Assembly (NCBI RefSeq): GCF_004010195.1 | Contig: NC_057719.1 | Span: 76,871,273 to 76,909,823 of the forward strand | From: Chiloscyllium plagiosum | Lineage: Eukaryota | Length of the DNA: 38,551 nt | Direction: 5' to 3' | Part shown: piece after piece, positions 1 to 11,458 of the stretch | Numbering within the stretch: position 1 is the first letter of the stretch | How the letters are laid out: each line of letters opens with the position of its first letter | The notes under the pieces: generated by a model | The model's input: only the letters and a program-made list of their open reading frames with translations | Told to the model about the DNA's origin: nothing | Databases searched by the model: none | Program-made: the position numbers and the translations under genes

Positions 1-13
1 ACAACATACAATC

Positions 14-400
14 TTTTATTCTCATTCCTGTTTTCCAATCCTTCAACAGCTTCAATCCTTCCTATCTCTGTGAGCTCCTCAAGCCTCAAAATCACAGCCA
101 TAGTCACCCAGCAACCCGTTCCACTCTCCCACAGATATCTACACTCATCTAAATCTGATTGTTAAACATCCGATTTTAATCATCTCATCATTGGTAGCCA
201 TGCCTTCAGTTGGCTAGATGTCAAGGTAGGGAATGCCCTTCCTACACCCCCCTATTAATGGACAATAAAATGTCATTCTAAATCTACTTGTCTACCTCAT
301 TTCCTCCTTTAGGACACTTTTCAAACCTTTGTAGTCATCTAGCTTACTAATTCCTTATTTGGCTTAGTCTTATATTTTATGTTGTAATGCTACTGTGACA
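14..400 (+). mobile_element. Degenerate L2-type LINE 3' end
   Basis: Motifs 'ttctcattcctgttttccaatcc', 'cctatctctgtgagctcctc', 'cattggtagccatgccttcag' and 'ttcctcctttaggacact' follow the order recalled for fish/shark L2 3' ends. The same family appears reversed at 23405-23960. Confidence 0.5.
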
Positions 401-979
401 AATTTTACATTCTTGTTTCACTTGTGTAGCAAATTTATGGACTTTGGGGGCAGACGGTTAAGATGTACAAAGATGTAAGGAAACATCAATCAAATCCAGA
501 CCACCATTTATGTCTTTCTGCTTTTCCAAAGAATCTTGGGGTCTGACTTACATGAAGTCAGGAAGATTCCAAAGAGTTTTTTTTTAAAATGGAGAAGCAT
601 CTAACTGTTGATGCTCAGTCCCATTTGCAATAGATCCAATTTTTGCAAGTTGCAGAAGAGAGTGGGATGTGATCCACAGTTGGCAAATTCAAAAAATAAC
701 TTCATGCTCAGTTCAGACAGCTCCCAACTGGATGTTGCAAGGGCCAAGATGCGCAGTGTGGGAGCTGTGAATTGAAGAAGTAGAAACACTCCTGACAAAT
801 GGATGAGATCGATTCAATAGTTATGACCTTATGTTTCTATAAATCCCCCTCTTTTAAAGATGAATAAAAACAGGCTTCTGATTGTCCATGAGAGCTGGGG
901 AGAAAAAAACAACTCTGCAGGACTGCTTTAATTGAAAGTCCATCTGATGTAGGTGAGAAGGGACATTACGTCCAGCCAT

Positions 980-1160
980 TGTTACAGACCAGACCAAACC
1001 AAAACCCCTCAAAACATATATTATGAGACACCATAGATGCTAACTTTCTCCTGTTTAAAGATTAGTGTAAGATGTTGCATTCCAAATGTGATTCAATTGG
1101 TCAAATTAGTAGGCTTTAAGCAAAACACACTTTATTCTTACACAACATTTAAAATACAAT
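980..1160 (-). repeat. 3' LTR remnant (distal part)
   Basis: 'tgttacagaccagacc...aattggtcaaattagtaggctttaagcaaaacacactttattcttaca' aligns by eye with 7103-7218 joined to 11459-11520. It ends in ...CA on the minus strand. Confidence 0.7.
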
Positions 1161-1306
1161 CAGATCTCCACCAGGCCTTTGGCTACGATGGAATTGCCCT
1201 CCATCATAGTCCTTATCACTATTCTTAACTTTCCTCTCTACCTGTGCCATTTTAAGTCGACTTTCAGTTTTTAGTTGCAACTTATGAAGTTCAAAAACTC
1301 TCTCTT
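1160..1306 (-). pseudogene. gag-like fragment (second part)
   Basis: Translates ERVFELHKLQLKTESRLKMAQVERKVKNSDKDYDGG. It is a coiled-coil-like continuation of the 6955-6673 frame once the intervening CR1 is removed. Confidence 0.5.
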
Positions 1307-1931
1307 TAGAACATAGAACATTACAGCGCAGTACAGTCCCTTCAACCCTCAATGTTGCACCGATCTGTCATACCAATCTGAAGCCCATCTAACCTACACT
1401 ATTTCATTTTCATCCATATATTTATTCAATGACCATTTAAATGCCCTTAAAATTGGCGAGTCTACTACTGTTGTAGGCAGGGCGTTCCACGCTCTTACTA
1501 GTCTGAGTAATGAAACTACCTATGACAGCTGTCCTATATCTATCACCTCTCAATTTAAAGCTATGTCCCCTCCTGCTAGCCATCTCTATCCGAGGAAAAA
1601 GCTCTCCCTGTCCATCCTATCTAACCCTCTGATTATCTTCTATGTCTCAATTAAGTCACCTCTCAACCTTTTTCTCTCTAATGAAAACAGCCTCAAGTCC
1701 CTCAGCCTTTCCTCAAAAGACCTTACCTCCATACCAGGCAACATCCTAGTAAATCTCCTCTGAACCCTTTTCAAAGCTTCCACATCCTTCTTACAATGCG
1801 GTGACCAGAACTGTATGGAATACTCCAAGTGTGGCCACATTAGAGTTTTGTACAGCTGCAGCATGACCTCATGGCTCCAAAACTCAACACCTCTACTAAT
1901 AAGAGCTAACACATTGTATGCCTTCTTAACA

Positions 1932-2323
1932 AAACATCAACGAGCCACAAAAAGACATAACCCACTCTCACTAGTATCCTTACATACAGATGAGGAAGGA
2001 CTTCGACTGGGACAACACATCCACCCGAGGACAAGCCCAGAAGCATGGCACTCCAATCGGAACTCTATCAACAAACACATTGACTTGGATCCCATTTACC
2101 ACCCTCTGAGAAAAAGAACAGGAAATGACATCACCACAGGAAATGATCATCAACCCAAGGAAACCTAAACACATAAATAAAAAGTGGGCCATGCCAGAAG
2201 CACTTCATCTGGAGGCTCACTGATGATGTAACCTAGTATGGTGACAAAATGAACCTTTCAGCTCAGTGAGCAAACCTACATCCAGAGCCTCAAACTGAAC
2301 TACGAATCTTCTCAAAACTCACT
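1932..2323 (+). mobile_element. Penelope-like element (Poseidon-type) 3' fragment
   Basis: HQRATKRHNPLSLVSLHTDEEG...EAWHSNRNSINKHIDLDPIY is the C-terminal part of a PLE GIY-YIG domain, followed by a pLTR with a damaged hammerhead core (CTGATGA 2220-2226). Same family as 33585-33674. Confidence 0.75.
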
Positions 2324-4192
2324 CTCCTCCACCCGTTTGGTCACCTTCTCAAAGAACACAATAAACGTATGTGAGGCACAACCTACCCTTCACAAAACTG
2401 TGTTGACTTATCAACTTATTCCTTTCGAGATGATTATAAATCCTATCTCAAACTACTACTGGAGGCGCAGTAGTAGTTTGGCGCACCGACCTCTACACCG
2501 CTGAGGCCAAACGCCAGCTCGCAGATACCTCCTCCTACTGCCCCCTTGACCATGACCCCACCCCCCACCACCAAACCATCATCTCCCAGACCATCCATAA
2601 CCTCATCACCTCAGGGGACCTCCCATCCACCGCCTCCAACCTCATAGTCCCACAACCCCGCACCGCCCGTTTCTACCTCCTGCCCAAAATCCACAAACCT
2701 GACTGCCCCGGACGACCCATCGTCTCAGCCTGCTCCTGCCCAACCGAACTCATCTCGGCATACCTCGACACGGTCCTGACACCCTTAGTCCAAGAACTCC
2801 CCACCTACGTTCGTGACACCACCCACGCCCTCCACCTCCGCCAGGATTTCCGCTTCCCCGGTCCCCAACGCCCCATCTTCACCATGGACATCCAGTCCCT
2901 GTACACCTCCATCCCCCATCACGAAGGACTCAAAGCACCCCGCTTCTTCCTTTCCCGCCGTACCACCCAGTACCCTTCCACCGACACCCTCCTTCGACTG
3001 ACCGAACTGGTCCTCACCCTGAACAACTTTCCTTTCCAATCCTCCCACTTTCTCCAAACAAAAGGAGTAGCCATGGGCACCCGCATAGGCCGCAGCTATG
3101 CCTGCCTCTTTGTAGGGTATGTGGAACAATCCATCTCCCGCAACTACACTGGCCCCACCCCCCATCTTTTTCTTCGCTACATTGATGACTGTATCGGCGC
3201 TACCTCGTGCTCCCACGAGGAGGTTGAACAGTTCATCCACTACACTAACACCTTCCACCCCGACCTCAAATTCACCTGGACAGTCTCGGACTCCTCCCTC
3301 CCCTTCCTAGACCTTTCCGTTTCTATCTCAGGCGACCGAATCAACACAGACATCTACTACAAACCAACCGACTCCCACAGCTACCTAGACTACACCTCCT
3401 CCCATCCTGCCCCCTGTAAAAACGCCAATTCCTTCGTCTCCGCCGCATCTGCTCCCAGGAGGACCAGTTCAAAATACGCACAACACAGACGGCCTCCTTC
3501 TTCAAGGACCGCAATTTCCCCCCCGACATGGTCGACGGTGCCCTCCACCGCATCTCCTCCACTTCCCGCTCCTCCGCCCTTGAACCCCGCCCCTCCAACC
3601 GCCACCAGGACAGAACCCCACTGGTCCTCACCTACCACCCCACCAATCTCCATGTACAGCGCATCATCCGCCGTCACTTCCGCCACCTCCAAACAGACCC
3701 CAGCACCAAGGATATATTTCCCTCCCCACCCCTATCAGCTTTCCGTAGAGACCACTCCCTCCGCGACTCCCTTGTCAGATCCACACCCCCCACCGACCCA
3801 ACCACCACTCCCGACACCTTCCCTTGCAACCGCAGGAGGTGCAACACTTGCGCCCACACCTCCCCCCTCACTTCTCTCCAAGGCCCCAAGGGAAACTTCC
3901 ATATCCGCCACAGATTCACCTGCACCTCCACCCACATCATCTACTGCATCCGCTGCAGCCGGTGTGGCCTCCTCTATATTGGGGAGACAGGCCGCCTACT
4001 TGCGGAGCGATTCAGAGAGCACCTCTAGGCCACCCGGACGAACCAACCCAACCAACCTGTGGCACAGCATTTCAACTCCCCCTCCCACTCCACCGAGGAT
4101 ATGCAGGTCATTGGACTCATCCACCGCCAAACCACAACAACCCGACGGTCGGAGGAGGAGCGTCTTATCTTCCGACTGGGAACACTCCAACC

Positions 4193-4633
4193 NNNNNNNN
4201 NNNNNNNNNNNNNNNNNNNNNNNNNNNNNNNNNNNNNNNNNNNNNNNNNNNNNNNNNNNNNNNNNNNNNNNNNNNNNNNNNNNNNNNNNNNNNNNNNNNN
4301 NNNNNNNNNNNNNNNNNNNNNNNNNNNNNNNNNNNNNNNNNNNNNNNNNNNNNNNNNNNNNNNNNNNNNNNNNNNNNNNNNNNNNNNNNNNNNNNNNNNN
4401 NNNNNNNNNNNNNNNNNNNNNNNNNNNNNNNNNNNNNNNNNNNNNNNNNNNNNNNNNNNNNNNNNNNNNNNNNNNNNNNNNNNNNNNNNNNNNNNNNNNN
4501 NNNNNNNNNNNNNNNNNNNNNNNNNNNNNNNNNNNNNNNNNNNNNNNNNNNNNNNNNNNNNNNNNNNNNNNNNNNNNNNNNNNNNNNNNNNNNNNNNNNN
4601 NNNNNNNNNNNNNNNNNNNNNNNNNNNNNNNNN
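4193..4633. other. Assembly gap
   Basis: Run of N. Confidence 1.
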
Positions 4634-4664
4634 TGAAGAAGGGCATGTGCCCGAAACGTCGAAT
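4634..4664 (+). ncRNA. Minimal type I hammerhead ribozyme motif (PLE-associated)
   Basis: [C]UGAAGA-A-GGGC-AUGU-GCCC-GAAA-C-GUC-GAAU: conserved core, 4-bp stem II and GUC site ending at 4660. The first core C and the 5' strand of stem I fall in the N gap. Confidence 0.7.
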
Positions 4665-6672
4665 CTTCTGTTCCCTTGATGCTGCCTGACCTGCTGTGCT
4701 GTTCCAGCAATAAAGTTTCAGCTAAATCCTATCTCTTACAACCTTTTCCAACACCACAACCGAAGCAAGGCTCACTGGTCTACAATTACCAGGATTGGCC
4801 CTATTCCCCTTCTTGAACAAGGGGACAACATTTGCTATGCTCCAGTCTTCTGGAACTATTCCTGCAGACAATGTTGACAAAGATCAAAGCCAAACGCTCT
4901 GCAATCTCCTCCCTGGCTTCCCAGAGAATCCTAGGATAAATTCCATGTGCCCAGGGGACTTATCTATATTCACACTTTCCAGAATTGCTAACACCTCCTC
5001 CTTGTGAACCTCAATCCCATCTAGTCTAGTAACCTGTATCTCAGTATTCTCCTAGACAACATTGTCAGTATTCACACTGGAAAAAGACAAAAAAAAAGAT
5101 TCATTGAGCACTTGCCCTATCTCCTTGGACTTCAGACGCTCCTTCCCATTACTGCCCTTGATTGGCCTTAATCTTACTCCAGTCATTCTTTTATTCCTGA
5201 TACACCTATAGAAAGCATTACCTTGATTCTATCTGCCAACAACTTCTCATGTCCCCTCCTGGCTCTTCTCAGCTCTCTCATTAGGTGCTTCCTGGCTAAC
5301 TTGTAACTCGCAAACACCCTAAATGAGCCTTCACTTCTCATCCTTACATAAGCCTTCTTCTTCCTCTTGACAAGAGATTCAACTTCTTTAGTAAACCACA
5401 GTTCCCTCACTCAACCACTTCCTCCCTGCCTGACAGGTGCGTACTCATCAAGGACACACCAAGTGTTCCTTGAAAAGCTCCACATTTCAAATGTGCCCAT
5501 CCCCTGCAGTTTCTTTCCTCATCCTATGTATCGTTAATCTTGCTTAATTGCATCATAATTGCCTTTCCCCCAGCTATTACTCTTGCCTCTTGGTGTATAC
5601 CTATCCCTTTCCATCACTAATGCAAACATAACCGAATTGTGGTCACTATCACCAAAGTGCTCACGTACCTCCAAATCTAACACCTGGCCGGATTCATTAC
5701 CCAGTACCAAATCCAATATGGCCTCGCCCCTCGTTGCCCTGTCTATGTACTGTGTCAGGAAACCCTCCTGCACACATTGGACAAAATCTGACCCATCTAA
5801 AGCACTTGAACTATAGTATTTCCAGTCAATATTTGGAAAGTTAAAGACCCCCATAACAACTACCCTGTTACTTTCGCTCTTGTCCAGAATAATTTTTGCT
5901 ATCCTTTCCTCTACATCTCTGGAACTATCCAGAGGCCGATGGAAAACTCCCAACAGGGTGACCTCTCCTTTCTTGTTTCTAACCTCAGCGCATACTACCT
6001 CAGTAGAAGAGTCCTAAAACATCCTTTCTGCCACTGTAATACTGTCCTTGACTAACAAGGCCACACCTCCCCCTCTTTTATCATCTTCCTGTTCTTATGG
6101 AAACATCTAAATTCCCGAAAACTGCAATAACCATTCCTGTCCCTGCTCTATCCAAAATGGTCACAACATCGAAGTTCCAAGTACCAACCCATGCTGCAAG
6201 TTTCGTCTGCTCCTGGCATTGAAGTAGACACACCTCAAACCACCTTCCTGCTTGCCAGTGCACTCTTGTGACCTTGAAATGTTATTTCTGATCTCACTAC
6301 TCTCAACCTCCTGGACACAAACTACAATTTAAGTTCCCATACCCTGCTGAATTAGTTTAAACCATCCTGAAGAGCAATCACAAATTCCCCCCCCCCAGGA
6401 TATTGGTAGCTCTCTGGTTCAAGTGTAGACCATCCCATTTGTAGAGGTTCTACCTATCCCAGAATGAGCCCCAATTATCCAGGTATCCGAAACCCTCTCT
6501 CCATCCCTGTAGCCACGTGTTCAACTCCTTTCTCTCCCTATTCCTTGCCTCGCTAGCACATGGCATGGGTAACAAACCAGAGATAACAATTCTGTTTGTT
6601 CTAGCTCTAAGCTTCCACCCTAGCTCCCTGAACTTCTGCGTTAAATCCCCATTCCTTTTCTTACCTATGTCC

Positions 6673-6955
6673 CTATCTTCTGCTACAATTATTCTTTTTT
6701 TTTCCCTTTTGCATCTAACTCAAGCTGTGTCATTTTGAATTGAGTTTTAACCACTTCCAAAGATTCCAATTGCATTTCTGGCAACTGAAAATGCTGAGAC
6801 ATTGTTGCAATTACTTCCCCTTTCCTCATGGACAAAGGCAACCCAAACTCCAGCCTGTCTGCCAATTCCACAAGCTTTGTCTAACTCACCTTTTGTAAGC
6901 TGCCCCAAGTGACTTCTTCGATAACCAGGAAACTCTTAGTCACTGAAAGAGCCAT
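6673..6955 (-). pseudogene. gag-like N-terminus of the LTR element
   Basis: ATG at 6955: MALSVTKSFLVIEEVTWGSLQKVS*TKLVELADRLEFGLPLSMRKGEVIATMSQHFQL..., about 125 nt downstream of the PBS. Contains in-frame stops. Confidence 0.6.
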
Positions 6956-7080
6956 TATTACACAAGATACACCCGATTTAAATCCACTGAATGCAACACC
7001 TGGGAAGAAAACGCCAACACTCACCACTCACTGTCTTTGAGTCCAATAACCCTAAATGCAACATGGAATTAGCGATTTTG

Positions 7081-7099
7081 ATCCCAACAAGTGCCCCCA
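7081..7099 (-). promoter_or_regulatory. Primer-binding site, tRNA-Pro-like (degenerate)
   Basis: Minus strand reads TGGGGGCACTTGTTGGGAT, 3 nt after the LTR end at 7103. It resembles the canonical tRNA-Pro PBS TGGGGGCTCGTCCGGGAT. Confidence 0.6.
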
Positions 7100-7102
7100 A
7101 CT

Positions 7103-7218
7103 TATTATAGACCAGACTAAACCCCCCCTCAAAATATATCAAGGAGATAGCCTGGATCCCAACTTTTTCTTATTTAATGGCAAATGTAAGGCATTGTGTT
7201 CCAGATGCAATTTGATTG
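7103..7218 (-). repeat. 5' LTR, distal part (continues at 11459)
   Basis: Matches 980-1098 and is adjacent to the PBS. Confidence 0.7.
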
Positions 7219-7772
7219 AACAAAGAACAATGAACTAAATAACACAGGAACAGGCTCTTCAAGCCTGCGCCAACATAATTTGCCCTTCCATACTAAACTG
7301 GTCTTCACTTACAAGTTCCATATCCCTCTATTCATATCCTATTCATGTATTTGTCCAGGTGTATCTTGAATGCTGCTATTAGTTGTGCTTCCACCACCTC
7401 CTCTGCAGCATGTTCAAAGCAGTCACTAGGCTTTTATGTGAAAAACTTGCCTCGAGCATCTTTTTAAAAATCCCCCCCACCCCCATACGTTGAACCCATG
7501 TCACCTAGTAATTGACACCTCCATCTTGGGAAAAAGCCTCATACTTGCCACCCTATTGATGCCACTCACAATCTTATAAGCTTCTATCAGGTCACCCCCT
7601 CAACCTCCCGTGTTCCAGTGATAACAAACCCACTCTATCCAACATTTCTCCATAGCAAAAATCCTCCATACCAAGCAACATTACAGTAAAAAGTTTCTGT
7701 ACCTTCTCCAAAACATCCATGTCCTCTGGTATTGTGGTGACCAGAACTGTACGCAATATTCCAATGGTGGCC

Positions 7773-8894
7773 GTTTCTACACCCAGGAGGAGCAATTCCG
7801 CTCCAGAACATCCCAGCTGGATTCCTACTCAGAGGACCACAATTTCCCCTTCCACATGGTCAACAATACCCTCCGGCGCATCTCCTCCACTTCCTGCACC
7901 TCCTCCCTTGAACCACACCCCTCCAACCACAACAAGGATAGACTTCCCCTTGTCCTCACCTTCCACCCCATGAATCTCCAGATACAACGTCGCAACATCC
8001 ACCATTTCCACCACCCTACAGTCAAACCCCATCACCAGAAACATATTTGCCTCCCTAGCTCTATCAGCATTCCACAGAGACCATTTCCTCATCTACACCC
8101 TTGTTAGGTCCACGCCCCCTACCAACCCAGGCTCCACTCCCAGCATCTTCTCTTGCCACCGCAAGAGGTGTAAAACCTGCACCCACACCTCCCCCCTCAT
8201 CTCCATCCAAGGCCCCAAAGAATCCTTCCATATCCAACAGAGATTATCTGCACATCCAAACATTTCATCAATTGTGTCTGTTGCTCTCGATGTGGTCTCT
8301 TCCACAATGGGGAGACAGGACACCAACTCATGGAACATTTCAGAGAACATCTCTGGAACACATACACCAAACAACCCCACTGCTCTGTAGCCAACTCACC
8401 CTCCCATTCCACCAAGAACATCCAAGTCCTGGGCCTCCTCCATCCTCAAATCCTAGCCACCCAATACCTGGAGGAAGAAAACCTCATCTTCTGCCTTGGG
8501 ACCCTCCAACCACACACCATTGTTGAATTCACAAGTTTCCTCATCTCCCCTCCCCCCACCTCATCCCAGATCCAGCCCTCCAACTTGGCACTGCCCTCTT
8601 GAACTGTCCCACCGGTCCATCTTCCTTCCCACCTATCCGCTCCACCCTCCGCTCTGACCTATCACCATCACCCCTGCACCTACATCTACCTATTGCCTTC
8701 CAAGTTACCTTCCCGCCAGCCACAACCCCTCCCTTTTATCTCTCAGCCCCCATCCCTCCCCGACATTCCTGATGAAGGGTTTATGCCCGAAAAGTCAACT
8801 GTCCTGCTCCTCGGATACTGCCTGACCTGCTGTGCTTTTCCAGCGCCACACTTTTCGACTCTGATCTCCAGCATCTGCAGTCCTCAATTTCCCC
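7773..8894 (+). mobile_element. Penelope-like element (Neptune-type), older degenerate 3' part
   Basis: Homologous to 3450-4190 (LRRISSTS...PLVLTFHP; EHFREHLW...EEENLIFCLGTLQP). pLTR with CTGATGA-A-GGGT-TTAT-GCCC-GAAA at 8769-8792. Interrupts the CR1 at gtggcc|taacc. Confidence 0.85.
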
Positions 8895-9048
8895 TAACCA
8901 AAGTTCTATAAAGCTGCAGCATAACTTGCCTGTCAAATACCCAATGCCCCTTCCAATGAAGGCAAGCAGACCATAGGCTTTTCTTACCATCTTATCTCCT
9001 GGAGCTGCCACCTTCAGTGATCAGTTTCACCCAGATCCAGCTGCATTA

Positions 9049-9380
9049 GGCAGCATGGTGGCTCAGGGGTTAGCACTGCTGCTTAACACACCAGGGATCT
9101 GGGTTTGATTCCAGCCTTGGGTGACTGTGTGTTGAGTTTGCACATTCTCCCTGTGTCTGCCCAGGTTTCCTCTAAGTGGTCCAGTTTCGTCCCACACTCC
9201 AAAGATATGCAGGTTAGGTGAATTGCTTGTGCTAAATTGTCCATAGTGTTCAGGGATGTATAGGTTAGGTGCATGAGTCAGGGGTAAGTGTAGATGAATG
9301 GGTCTGGGTGGGATACTCTTCTCAGGGTCGGTGTGGACTTGCTGGGGAAAAGGGTCTGGTTCCACACAGTAGCAATTCTA
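9049..9380 (+). mobile_element. HE1-type tRNA-derived V-SINE
   Basis: A box tggctcaggggttag, B box ggtttgattcc, V-domain gagtttgcacattctccc...gtttcctc, CR1-like tail agggtctggttccacac. Confidence 0.85.
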
Positions 9381-9463
9381 ATATCAATACTCCTAAGTGT
9401 TCTGCCATTCACAGTATAATTTCTACCTGCACTTGACCTTCCAAAATGCATCACCTCACATTT

Positions 9464-10994
9464 AGAGTCATTGAGATGTACAGCACGGAAACAGACCCTT
9501 TGGTCCAACCCATGCATGCCTAGAAGATATCCCAACCCAATCTAGTCCCACCTGCCAGCATCCAGCCCATATCCCTCCAAACCCTTCACACACCCATCCA
9601 AATGCCATTTAAATATTGCAATTGTACTAGCCTCCACCACTTCCTCTAGCAGCTCATTCCCCACACGTACTACACTCTGCGTGAACAAGTTACCCCTTAA
9701 GTCTCTTTTATATCTTTCCCCTTTCACTCTAAACCACTTCTCAGCCCAGTTGCCCATCTGATCAAGATTCCCATTGTAATCTGAGGTAACCTTCTTCGCT
9801 GTCCACTACACCTCCAATTTTGGTGTCATCTGCAAACCTACTAACTATACCTCTTATGCCCACATCCAAATCATTTATATAAATATGATGAAAAATAGTG
9901 GGCCCAGCACCGATCCTTGTGGCACTCCACTGGTCACAGGCCTCCATTCTGAAAAACTACCCTCCACCACCACCCTCTGTCTTCTACCTTTAAGCCAGTT
10001 CTGTATCCAAATGGCTAGTTCTCCCTGTATTCTGTGAGATCTAACCTTGCTAATCAGTCTGCCATGGGAACTTTGTCGAATGCTTTACTGAAGTCCACAT
10101 GGATCACATCTACCACTCTGCCCTCATCAATCCTCTTTGTTACTTCTTCAAAAAACTCAAGTTTGTGAGACATGATTTCCTACGCACAAAGCCATATTGA
10201 TTATCCTGAAGAAGGGTTTGTGACCGAAACGTCGATTCTCCTGTTCCTTGGATGCTGCCTGACCTGCTGCGCTTTTCCAGCAACACATTTTCAGCTCTGA
10301 TCTCCAGCATCTGCAGCCCTCACTTTCTCCTATCCCTAATCAGACCTTGCCTTTCCAAATACAGGTACATCCTGTCCTTCAGGATTCCCTCCAACAACTT
10401 GCCCACCACTGACATCAGGCTCACCGGTCTATAGTTTCCAGGCTTGTCTTTACCACCCTTCTTAAACAGTGGCATCACGTTAGCCAACCTCCAGTCTTCT
10501 GGCACCTCACCTGTGACTATCGGTGATACAAATATCTCAGTAAGAGGCCTAGCAATCACGTCCCTAGCTTCCCACAGAGTTCTAGGGTACACCTGATCAG
10601 GTCCTGGGGATTTATCCACTTTTATGCATTTCGAGACATCCAGCACTTCCTCCTCTGTAATATGGACATTTTTCAAGATGTTACCATCTATTTCCCTACA
10701 TTCTATATCTTCCATGTCCATTTCCACAGTAAATGCTCATGCAAAATACTCACTTAGTATCTCCCCCCATTTTCTGCAGCTCCACACAAAGGCTACCCTG
10801 CTGTTCTTTGAGGGGTCCTATTCTCTCCCTAGTTACCCTTCCGTCCTTAATGTTTTTAGAAAAACCCTTTGGATTCTCCTTACCTCTATTTGCTAAAGCT
10901 ATCTCATGACCCCTTTTTGCCCTCCTGATTTCCCTCTTAAGTATACTCCTAGTACCTTTAATACTCTAAGGATTCACTTAATCTATCCTGTCTA
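9464..10994 (-). mobile_element. HER1-like CR1 LINE fragment (RT to 3' end, internal deletion near 9735)
   Basis: KSPGPDQVYPRTL...GNYRPVSL, RFADDTKIGG, 3' tail agagtcattgagatgtac. 7-bp TSD cacattt at 9457-9463 and 10995-11001. Confidence 0.9.
10207..10330 (+). mobile_element. Penelope pLTR mini-insertion with hammerhead-like core
   Basis: CTGAAGA (10206-10212)...GAAACGTC (10226-10233). Similar to 4634-4722 and 8769-8894. Flanked by tatcc at 10202-10206 and 10331-10335. Confidence 0.8.
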
Positions 10995-11458
10995 CACATT
11001 TGTCTGGATTAAATTCCATCTGCCATTTTTCTGCCCATGTCTCTAACTGATCTATATCTTGCTGTATCTTCTGACAGTCCTTCTCACTATCTGCAACTCC
11101 ACCAATCTTTTGCAAACTTACCATTTAGACCAACTACGTTTTCCTCCAAATCATTTATGGTGAGCACGAACAGTAGAGGTCCCAGCACTGATCCCTGTGG
11201 AACACCACTAGTCACAACATTTTAAAAACATCCTTCCACCCCTACCCTCTGACTCCTATGACTAAGCCAGTTCTGTATCCATGTTGCCAGCTCACCCACA
11301 TACCGTGTGACTTCACCTTTCATACCAGTCTGCCATGAGAGAACTTTTCAAAGGTTTTACTGAAGTCCACGTAGACATCAACCATTTTTCCCTCAATCAG
11401 CTTCGTCACCTCCTCAAAAAACTCAATCAAGTTCATGAGGCATGACCTCCCCCACACA

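Larger units (their letters stand above)
2450..4722 (+). mobile_element. Penelope-like element (Neptune-type), 5'-truncated, RT + GIY-YIG endonuclease
   Basis: Open frame from 2461: GGAVVVW...FYLLPKIHK...GRPIVS...FTMDIQSLYT...GVAMG...RYIDD. Frameshifting deletion near 3427, Cys-rich linker CNRRRCNTC, then IIYCIRCSRCGLLYIGETGR...RFREH with a premature TAG at 4026-4028. 13-bp TSD taaatcctatctc at 2437-2449 and 4723-4735. Spans the gap at 4193-4633. Confidence 0.92.
1307..6672 (-). mobile_element. Long degenerate CR1-clade LINE (ORF1 remnant, APE endonuclease, RT, 3' tail), interrupted by two Penelope elements
   Basis: 3' tail '(tagaaca)2' at 1307. ORF2 C-terminus LYKTLMWPHLEYSIQFWSPH...RLRGDLIE (1640-1912). 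Endonuclease VVMGVFNFPNIDW...ILDLVLGNE...GDSDHN (5534-5953). Possible 7-bp TSD ctctctt (1300-1306) / ctatctt (6673-6679). Many stops and deletions. Confidence 0.9.
7219..11458 (-). mobile_element. 5'-truncated CR1 LINE inserted into the LTR; pieces at 7219-7772, 8895-9048, 9381-9463 and 11002-11458
   Basis: 3' tail 'aacaaagaacaa' at 7219. ORF2 C-terminus (LEKVQKLFTVML...RLRG) and RT pieces join collinearly across the inserts. TSD gattg at 7214-7218 and 11459-11463. Confidence 0.85.

Noticed and set aside
2884..4689. 601-aa ORF as an intact gene
   Set aside because: Penelope RT that shifts out of frame near 3427 and is extended artificially through the N gap. The element is 5'-truncated and has a stop in the endonuclease.
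3824..4710. Several long ORFs on both strands
   Set aside because: Produced by the N run and by the C-rich Penelope sequence in alternative frames.
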